Positions 19,392 through 27,698 of a stretch of 52,707 nt of DNA are shown piece after piece (position 1 is the first letter of the stretch; each line of letters opens with the position of its first letter). The stretch covers positions 1 to 52,707 of the forward strand of contig DASSPJ010000044.1 of assembly GCA_035699665.1 (NCBI GenBank), read 5' to 3'. The notes beneath the pieces are model-generated. The model was not told where the DNA came from, ran no database searches, and was given only the letters and a program-made list of their open reading frames with translations. A program made the position numbers and the translations under genes. The DNA is from Candidatus Limnocylindria bacterium (GTDB taxonomy: Bacteria; Chloroflexota; Limnocylindria; QHBO01).

Positions 19392-20979
19392 CCGGTACGA
19401 CCTCGTCATCCGCCACGGAACCCTGGTCGACGGCACCGGAGCCGCCGGACGGCCCGGCACGCTGGCCGTCGCCGGCGGCCGCCTGGCGCTCCTGCCCGCC
19501 GACGCCGCCGTGGAGGGCGGCCGGGTGGTCGACGCGAGCGGCATGGTCGTCGCGCCCGGCTTCATCGACCTCCACTCCCACGGCGGCTTGGCGATCCTGG
19601 CCGACCCGCGCCACGAGCCGAAGGTCAGCCAGGGGGTCACCAGCGAGATCGTCGGCGTCGACGGGAACGGCTATGCCCCGTTCCGCCATCAGTCGGATCT
19701 GCTCGATTTCGTCGATCTCAACGCCGGGCTGGATGGGCGGCCGGCAATCGCCTACGACTGGGACGACGTGGCCTCCTACCTGGGTCGCTACGACGCGGGC
19801 CAGGCGGTCAACGTCGGGATCGTGGTCGGCAACAGCGCCCTGCGCATCGGCACGGTCGGGTGGGACGACGTCCCGGCCGACGAGCGCGCGGTGCGGGAGA
19901 TGCGGGCGATGCTGCGCGAGGCGCTCGAGGAGGGGGCCTTCGGCGTCTCCAGCGGCCTCGACTACCCGCCCGGCTCGTATGCCACCACCGACGAGCTCGC
20001 GGCCCTCACCAACGAGGCGGCGCGGCACGGCGGCTTCTACCACACCCACGTGCGCTACCCGCTCGGCGACCGTTTCCTGGACCCCTTCCGCGAGGCTGTC
20101 GAGATCGGGCGACGCGGCGAGGGGCCTTCCCACATCACGCACTTCTACCACCGCCGGACGTACCCCGGCCCGCCGGAGCAGCTGCTGTCCCTGGTCGACG
20201 ACGCGCGCGCGGAAGGGCTCGACGTCACGTTCGACACCTATCCCTACGAATGGGCCTCGACGCGGCTGCTCATCCAGCTGCCGCAGTGGATCCAGGCGGG
20301 CGGGCCGACGGCGCTCAAGGAGCGCCTGGCGGACGGTGGCGCGCGCGACCGGGTGCGCGGCGAGCTGGCCGCGCGAGGGGCCGCCTACGCGTCGGCGGCC
20401 GGTTGGGCGGACGTGCGACTGGGTGCCTTCACCCGTCCCGAGCATCGACGCTGGGAGTCGGCGAGCGTGGCCGACGTGATGCGTGACCGCGGCGTCGACG
20501 CCGTAGACGCCATCTGCGACCTGCTGCTGGCCGAGAACCTCGGCGTCGCCCAGGTCACCTCCGGCCCCTGGACCGATGGGCTGCGCCGCTTCCTGGCCCA
20601 TCCCGGCGCGATGGTCGGCACCGACTCGACGTTCCTGGGCGACAAGCCGTCGCCACGCACCTACGGCTCGTACCCGCGCATCCTCGGCCAGTTCGTGCGC
20701 GACGAGGCGCTGCTGAGCCTCGAGGAGGCGGTGCACCGCATGACCGGCGCGCCGGCTGCCCGCCTCGGCCTCCGCGGCCGCGGCCTGCTGCGCGACGGGC
20801 ACGCGGCCGACGTCGTGGTGTTCGACCCCGTGAGCGTGCGCGCCCTGGCCACCTACGACGATCCGCGGCAGCTCCCCGAGGGGATCGGCTGGGTGATCGT
20901 CAATGGCGTGCCCGTGATCGCTGACGGGTCCCACACCGGCGCGACGCCGGGACGCGCCCTGCGGCACGGGCGGGATTAG
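19384..20979 (+). CDS. D-aminoacylase-like amidohydrolase (N-acyl-D-amino-acid deacylase family)
   Basis: ATG 19384 overlaps the guaD stop by 8 nt. DLVIRHGTLVDGTG...APGFIDLHSHGG... has the length and layout of the Amidohydro_3 D-aminoacylase family. Confidence 0.75.
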   Translation: MPDRYDLVIRHGTLVDGTGAAGRPGTLAVAGGRLALLPADAAVEGGRVVDASGMVVAPGFIDLHSHGGLAILADPRHEPKVSQGVTSEIVGVDGNGYAPFRHQSDLLDFVDLNAGLDGRPAIAYDWDDVASYLGRYDAGQAVNVGIVVGNSALRIGTVGWDDVPADERAVREMRAMLREALEEGAFGVSSGLDYPPGSYATTDELAALTNEAARHGGFYHTHVRYPLGDRFLDPFREAVEIGRRGEGPSHITHFYHRRTYPGPPEQLLSLVDDARAEGLDVTFDTYPYEWASTRLLIQLPQWIQAGGPTALKERLADGGARDRVRGELAARGAAYASAAGWADVRLGAFTRPEHRRWESASVADVMRDRGVDAVDAICDLLLAENLGVAQVTSGPWTDGLRRFLAHPGAMVGTDSTFLGDKPSPRTYGSYPRILGQFVRDEALLSLEEAVHRMTGAPAARLGLRGRGLLRDGHAADVVVFDPVSVRALATYDDPRQLPEGIGWVIVNGVPVIADGSHTGATPGRALRHGRD

Positions 20980-23390
20980 CCGACGAGTCGCGCCCGCTTT
21001 CCGACCAGCTGCCCCAGCGCCTCGGCGTTCATCGGCGGGGCGAAGTGGAAGCCCTGTCCGTACTTCGCGCCCAGGGCGCGCAGCCGCACCACCTGCGAGG
21101 TGCGCTCGACCCCCTCGGCGACTGTCTCCAGGTCGAGCGAGTGCGCCAGTCGGATGATCGAGCGCACCAGCGCCCGCTCCCCCTCCTCGTCGCCGTCGAT
21201 GCCGTTCACGAACGAGCGGTCGATCTTCAGCACGTCGATCGGGAAGCGGCGCAGGTGCGAGAGCGACGAGTATCCGGTCCCGAAGTCGTCGAGGGCGATG
21301 CGCACGCCGAGCGCCTTCATGCCGGTGATCGAAGCCGCGGTCGTCTCGCCGTCGTCGAGCAGCGCGCTCTCGGTCAGCTCGAGGACGAGGTCGGCCGCAC
21401 GGATGCCCGACGCTTCGACGATGTCGCTCAGATCGCGCACGAACGCGGGATCCTGCAGCTGGCGCGATGCGACATTGACCGCCATCGCCAGCGGCGGACC
21501 GGGAAGGGCATGCCAGGCGCGCGCCTGGCGACACGCCTCCTCGAGCACCCACCGTCCGAGCGGCACGATGAGCCCGGTCTCCTCGGCGAGCGGGATGAAC
21601 TCGCCCGGCTGGGCAAGCCGGCCGCCCGGCTGTCGCCAGCGCACGAGCGCCTCGACACCGTCGATGTTCAGGCTGGCGAGATCGACCACCGGCTGGTAGT
21701 GGACCTCGAACTCGTTCGCCTCGAGGGCGGCCTCGAGACGCTCGCGCAGCTCGAGGCGATGCAGCGCCGTGGCGTGCATCTGCGGCTCATAGAATTCGTG
21801 GCGTCCCTTGCCCCGCGACTTGGCCGTATACATCGCCGCGTCGGCATTGCGCAGCAGCTCCTCGGCGGTCCCCTGGCTGCCCATCCCGCCACCGAGCGCC
21901 GCGCCGATGCTGGCCTGAACGAAGAGCTGCCGCGCGGCGAGCCCGAATGGCTGGCGCAGGGCGTCCTGGATCCGGGTCGCCACCTCGTCGGCAGCCTCGC
22001 GCGAGGCGTCCTCGAGCAGGATCGCGAACTCGTCGCCGCCGAGCCGCGCCGCGGTGTCCTGCGCGCGCAGGCAGGCGCGGATCCGCTCCGCCACCGCGGT
22101 GAGCAGCTCGTCGCCGGCCGCATGGCCCAGCGAGTCGTTGACCAGCTTGAAATCATCGAGGTCGGCGAACAGGACGGCAACCTGGTCGGCCCGGCCGCGA
22201 CCCGCGCGGGCGAGGGCATGCGTCACCCGATCGGCGAAGAGGGCACGGTTGGCGAGGCCGGTCAGCGGGTCGTGGAAGGCCTCGTGCTGCAGCTGGTCCT
22301 CGAGGAGCCGGCGATCGGTCACGTCGCGGTAGTTCAGCACAACGCCGCCGACGGCGGGGTCGTGCGACCGGTCCTGCGCAACCGTCTCGATCCAGCGCCA
22401 GGTGCCGTCGGCGTGCTGCATCCGCAGCTGGGCGGCCTGCTGGCGTCCCTGCTGCGCCGGGAGGGTGCCGAGGACGGCCCGCACCCAGCCGACGTCATCG
22501 GGGTGGACGTGCTCCTCGAACGGTCGGCCGACGCGCTCGCCGGGGTCGATGCCGAGCACGCCCCGCACCGCGTCCGACTCGTAGGCGACCCGGCCGTCGG
22601 GGGTCACCACCACGACGACGTCCGACGAGTTCTGGACCAGCGATCGGAAGCGCGCCTCGCGACGGCGCAGGTCATCGGTTGCCACGTTGAGCCGTTCGTT
22701 GAGTCGCACCAGGCGCCGGTTCTGGGCGGCCATCCGTCGCGAGGCACCGCTGAAGGCGAGCGACAGCAGCGCGAGCAGGGCGATCCCGGCACCCAGCGCC
22801 AGCAGGAAGACGTCGGTGCGCGTCTGGGCGACGCGGTCCTCGATGGGGCGCGCGTCGACGTACACCTCGAAGACACCGATCGGATGGCCGTCGGTGGTGC
22901 CGCGGATCGGCACGTAGATCTCCAGGAACTGCGTCGGGAGCTGCGTCGCACTCGCCTCCGCGTCGGCCGCGGTCCCGAATTCGGTCACCGAATGGCCGCC
23001 GAACGCCTCGGTCAGCTCGCTGCCGATGTCGCCACGCGTGCCCCGCAGCGACGGCTCGGTCGAGTAGAGGATGCGCCCGTCGCGGGTGTAGACGTTGATT
23101 CGTCGCATGTCCCCTGAGGCGACAAGCCGCTCGAGCTGGTCCTGGACCTCCGGCGCCGGCTCGGCGTCGATGTGCAGGCCCTCCTCCGAGAGGATCGGGT
23201 CGACGTAGCCGCGCACGATTGCCTCCGCGTTCCCGAGCGCGGCGTCCGCGGCCGTGAGGCGCAGGTGGTCGGCGACGTTCACCGCAATCGCCACGGCCAG
23301 CGCGACGATCAGCACCGCGCTGCCGCCCAGGACGGCGGTCCGCAGACCCGGGCGCACGCGCGGCCGGACGGCGGGACGCGGGAGTGTCAT
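20976..23390 (-). CDS. membrane sensor PAS-GGDEF-EAL protein
   Basis: ATG 23390 (MTLPRP). TM helix, about 170-aa extracytoplasmic region, second TM helix, PAS (FRSLVQNSSDVVVVVTPDGRVAY), GGDEF (RLGGDEFAILL), EAL (GVEALVRW, DDFGTGYSSL, KIDRSFV, EGVE). Confidence 0.85.
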   Translation of the reverse strand: MTLPRPAVRPRVRPGLRTAVLGGSAVLIVALAVAIAVNVADHLRLTAADAALGNAEAIVRGYVDPILSEEGLHIDAEPAPEVQDQLERLVASGDMRRINVYTRDGRILYSTEPSLRGTRGDIGSELTEAFGGHSVTEFGTAADAEASATQLPTQFLEIYVPIRGTTDGHPIGVFEVYVDARPIEDRVAQTRTDVFLLALGAGIALLALLSLAFSGASRRMAAQNRRLVRLNERLNVATDDLRRREARFRSLVQNSSDVVVVVTPDGRVAYESDAVRGVLGIDPGERVGRPFEEHVHPDDVGWVRAVLGTLPAQQGRQQAAQLRMQHADGTWRWIETVAQDRSHDPAVGGVVLNYRDVTDRRLLEDQLQHEAFHDPLTGLANRALFADRVTHALARAGRGRADQVAVLFADLDDFKLVNDSLGHAAGDELLTAVAERIRACLRAQDTAARLGGDEFAILLEDASREAADEVATRIQDALRQPFGLAARQLFVQASIGAALGGGMGSQGTAEELLRNADAAMYTAKSRGKGRHEFYEPQMHATALHRLELRERLEAALEANEFEVHYQPVVDLASLNIDGVEALVRWRQPGGRLAQPGEFIPLAEETGLIVPLGRWVLEEACRQARAWHALPGPPLAMAVNVASRQLQDPAFVRDLSDIVEASGIRAADLVLELTESALLDDGETTAASITGMKALGVRIALDDFGTGYSSLSHLRRFPIDVLKIDRSFVNGIDGDEEGERALVRSIIRLAHSLDLETVAEGVERTSQVVRLRALGAKYGQGFHFAPPMNAEALGQLVGKRARLVG

Positions 23391-23513
23391 CCGGGGCACA
23401 CGCGCAGCCTCGCGCACGCCGGCGCCGGGCACCACCGGCCCTTGGTACTACGCGGCCGGCGCGGGACCAAAGTCCCATGGCCGTCCAGGGCGGTGCGCCG
23501 GAGCATCACCGGC

Positions 23514-23930
23514 ATGCGTGCAACACCTCGACACCCCGCCAGCGGCCTCGCTGTCGCGGCCGTCGTGCTGGCGACCCTGGCGGCATGCGCGACGCCCGCG
23601 TCCGACGCCCGGACCCTGCAGCTGAAGACGCTCAACGACTCCGGGGTGACCGGCACGGTGACCCTCGGCTCCGTGGACGCCGGCACGACCCGGGTGCAGG
23701 TCGAGGTGGATCCGGCGGGGCACCCCAACATGCCCGCGCACATCCACCCCGGCACCTGTGACGATCTCACGCCGCAGCCGCAGTTCCCGCTCCAGAACGT
23801 CGCGGACGGCCACTCGACGACCGATCTGCTCGTGCCGCTCGACGACCTGGTCGACGGTGAGGTCGCATTGAACCTGCACGCCTCCAACGACGAGATGGAG
23901 ACCTACACCGCCTGCGTCGAGCTCCGCTAG
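23514..23930 (+). CDS. lipoprotein with a CHRD-like domain
   Basis: ATG 23514. Lipobox LATLAAC. PAHIHPGTCDD and ALNLHAS resemble the CHRD motifs AHIHxG ... NvH. This assignment is tentative. Confidence 0.5.
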   Translation: MRATPRHPASGLAVAAVVLATLAACATPASDARTLQLKTLNDSGVTGTVTLGSVDAGTTRVQVEVDPAGHPNMPAHIHPGTCDDLTPQPQFPLQNVADGHSTTDLLVPLDDLVDGEVALNLHASNDEMETYTACVELR

Positions 23931-23965
23931 CGCGCCGCGCGCCGATCGCGCGCTACGATGCAGGC

Positions 23966-26367
23966 ATGGAGCGCCCGAGCCTGACGACCCGCACGCTGCC
24001 GCCGGGCACCGCCACGCCGGCCGCCGCCCCGCCGGAGACGACGCCGCTCGTTGTGCCTCCGCACACCCAGGTGCCCGGGCGCGCCCGGGGTGCCGCGCCG
24101 CTGCGCCGCGAGGGCCCGGCGAAGCTGACCGGCGAGGCGAAGTACGCCGACGACCTCGTGTTTCCCGGCGCCTGGTACGGCGCCACCATCCGCTCGACCG
24201 AGCCGCATGCCCGCCTGCTCGGCGTCGAGCTCGATGACGCCTTCGACTGGCGTCGGGTGGTCGTCGTCACCGCCGCTGACATCCCCGGCGAGAACGTCGT
24301 CAGCCTCATCGACGACGACCAGCCCGTCCTGGTACCGATCGGCGGCGAGATCCGCCACCAGGCCGAGGCATGCGCGCTGATCGCCGCTCCCGACCGCGCG
24401 ACCCTCCGGGCGGCCAAGCGCCACGCCCGGCTGCGTACCGAGCGCCTGCCGGCGATCTTCGACCCGCTCGACAGCGACCGGCAGTTCGCCGAGTACACCG
24501 TGGCGCGCGGGGACGCGGCCGCCGCCATGGCCGCTGCGGACCTCGTGATCGAGGGCACCTACCGGGTCGGCCACCAGGAGCAGCTGTACATCGAGAACCA
24601 GGCGATGATCGCGGTGCCCCAGGAGCATGGCGGCGTCACCATTCACGGCTCCTGCCAGTGCCCGTACTACATCCACAAGGCGATGAAGCGCGCCCTCGCC
24701 ATGGATGACGAGCTGGCCGTGGTGGTACAGGCCGAGACCGGTGGCGGGTTCGGTGGCAAGGAGGAGTACCCCTCGATCATCGCCCTGCACGCAGCCCTGC
24801 TGGCCCTCAAGTGCCGCCGCCCGGTGCGCATGATCTACGACCGCCACGAGGACATCAGCGCCACGACCAAGCGCCACCCGGCGGTGATCCGCTACCGATC
24901 CGGCGTCAGCGCGGCGGGTGAGCTGGTCGCGCAGGAGATCGAGGTCATCATGGACGGCGGGGCGTACTGCACGCTCACGCCGGTCGTCCTGTCGCGCGGC
25001 ATCCTCCACGCCGGCGGCCCGTATCGGTGCGAGAACGTGCGCATCACCGGGCGCGCGATGGCGACCAACACGCCGCCCAACGGCGCCTTCCGCGGCTTCG
25101 GTGCCCCCCAGACCGAGTTCGCCGCCGAGATGCAGGTCAACCGCATCGCCGAGGCCCTCGACGCCAGCCCACTCGACCTCCGTCGCCGCTGGGTCTACCG
25201 CATCGGCGACACGACGCCGACCGGCCAGGTGCTGCGCGAGAGCGTGGCGGGCATCGAGGTCCTCGAGGCGGCTGCCGAGGCATCGGGCTTCGACCGTTCG
25301 CACGCCCAGACGCGCGCCATGCGCGAGGCCCGCACCGATGGCGCCCGCCTCGCCTCCGGCATCGGACTGGCGCTGGCGTGGCACGGCGCCGGCTTCACCG
25401 GCTCGGGCGAGGTGCGGATGGGATCGGTCGCCGCCGTCGAGCTGACCGATGACGGGCGGATCCGGATCCTGACCGCCTCCACCGAGATGGGCCAGGGCAC
25501 CAAGACCATCTTCCCGCAGCTGGTGGCCGACGTGCTCGGGGTGGAGATCGACGAGGTCGAGCTCGCGCCGCAGGACACCTCCATCGTCCCCGACTCGGGC
25601 CCGACGGTCGCGTCGCGGACCGCGATGGTCGTCGGCGGGCTGATCATCCGGGCGGCGCAGAAGCTGCGCGCGCAGGTCGAGGCGCGCACCGGGCGCCCCT
25701 TCGCCGCCGCGTATCGCGAGGCGGGGCCGCTGCGGATCGACGAGCGCTTCGTCCCCTACCCCGGCGAGCCGTTCGACGACAAGGCGTACACCGGCGACGC
25801 CTACCCGGCATTCGGCTGGGCCGCGTGCGTGGTGCGTGTCGACGTCGACCTCGATACCGGCGAGGTCGCGGTGCGCGACTGCGTCGCCGCCGACGACGTG
25901 GGACGCGTGATCCACCCGGTCCTCGCCGAGGGACAGGTGGAGGGGGGCACGCTGCAGGCGATCGGCTACGCGACCATCGAGGAGATGAAGCTGGTCGACG
26001 GCCGCTACCTCAACGACCGCCTGGCTACTTACCTGATCCCCACCGCCCTCGACGCTCCGCGGATCCACACCATCCTCATCGAGGCCCCGTACTCGGGCGC
26101 GCCACACGGGGCGAAGGGGATCGGCGAGCTGCCGATGGACGTCGGCGCGCCGGCAGTGGTGGCCGCCATCCACGACGCCACCGGGGTCTGGATCCATGAC
26201 CTGCCCGCCACGCCGGAGCGGATCATCGCCGCCCTCACCGGCGCCCCGCCGCCCCAGCCGCCGGGCATCTCGCTCGAGGAGCCGGCGCCGAGGACGCCGG
26301 CCATCGAGGACCTGCCACCCGGCGGCGACGAGATGCCGTTCCACGCCCCTGCCCCGGAGGGCGAATC

Positions 26368-26371
<4 letters not shown>
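23966..26371 (+). CDS. xanthine dehydrogenase family, molybdopterin-binding large subunit
   Basis: 801 aa. GEAKYADD near the N-terminus, GGGFGGKE motif, and Ald_Xan_dh C-terminal regions (GIGELP...). Confidence 0.9.
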
Positions 26372-26831
<460 letters not shown>

Positions 26832-26835
<4 letters not shown>

Positions 26836-27695
26836 CGGCCGTCGAGCCGCCGCTCACCGCGCCACGCAGCCTCGAGGAGGCGCTCGCCCTCATGGCCGAG
26901 GCGAGCTGGCGTCCGATCGCCGGCGGCACCGACCTGCTGGTCCAGCTCACCGGCGAGCTCGGCGAGCCGCCGGAGCGGATGCTCGACCTGTGGCGCCTCG
27001 ACGAGCTGCGCGGGATCGCCCACGGCGCCGACGGCCTGATGATCGGCGCGCTGACCACCTACGCGGAGCTGCGCCGCTCCCCCATCGTGGCGGAGTTCCT
27101 GCCGGCCCTCGCCGAGGCCGCGGCGACGATCGGCGCCGCCCAGATTCAGAATCGCGGGACGGTCGGCGGCAACATCGTCAACGCCTCGCCGGCCGGCGAC
27201 ACCCTCCCGATCTGGCTCGCCACCGACGCCGAGTTCGTGCTGGGGTCGCTCCGTGGCGAACGGCGCATCCCGGCCGGTGACTTCTGGCCGGCCTACCGCC
27301 GCACGGCACGCGCCGACGACGAGCTGGTGCTGCGCGTGCGCGTCCCGCTGCCGGTGGATCGGCAGCTGCGCTTCCGCAAGGTGGGGACGCGACGGGCGCA
27401 GGCGATCAGCAAGGTGGTCATGGCCGTTGCCTGGCGGAGTGGTGACACACCGGACGCCGCCTGGACCGATGTTCGCGTGGCACTCGGATCGATGGCCGCC
27501 ACCCCCATCCGCGCCACCGCCGCGGAGGCCGCGCTCGAGGGAGCGATCCCCGATGCGGCGGCCGCGGAGCGAGCCGTCGCCGCCCTCGACGCCGAGCTGC
27601 GGCCGATCGACGACGTCCGCTCGACCGCCGACTACCGACGTGCGGTGGCCGGCCGCGTGCTGCGGCGCATCGTCCGCGACGAAGGCGCCTGGTAG
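26832..27695 (+). CDS. xanthine dehydrogenase family, FAD-binding medium subunit
   Basis: ATG 26832 overlaps the preceding stop (ATGA). IAGGTDLLVQL, NRGTVGGNIVNASPAGD, and the CO-dehydrogenase flavoprotein C-terminal part (DDVRSTADYRR). Confidence 0.9.
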
Positions 27696-27698
27696 TCG

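Noticed and set aside
16179-19640. 1153-aa ORF on the minus strand, the longest in the track
   Set aside because: Only the last 349 codons (from ATG 17228) are RuvB. The upstream part is Arg/Ala/Gly/Pro-rich with no motifs. It overlaps the mocA-like gene (same strand, different frame) and is antisense to the well-supported guaD gene. It is a run-on shadow frame typical of high-GC DNA.
19303-26344. Long minus-strand ORFs 19303..21552 (749 aa) and 23927..26344 (805 aa)
   Set aside because: They are antisense to the D-aminoacylase-like gene and the XDH large-subunit gene respectively. Their composition is shadow-ORF-like and they carry no motifs.
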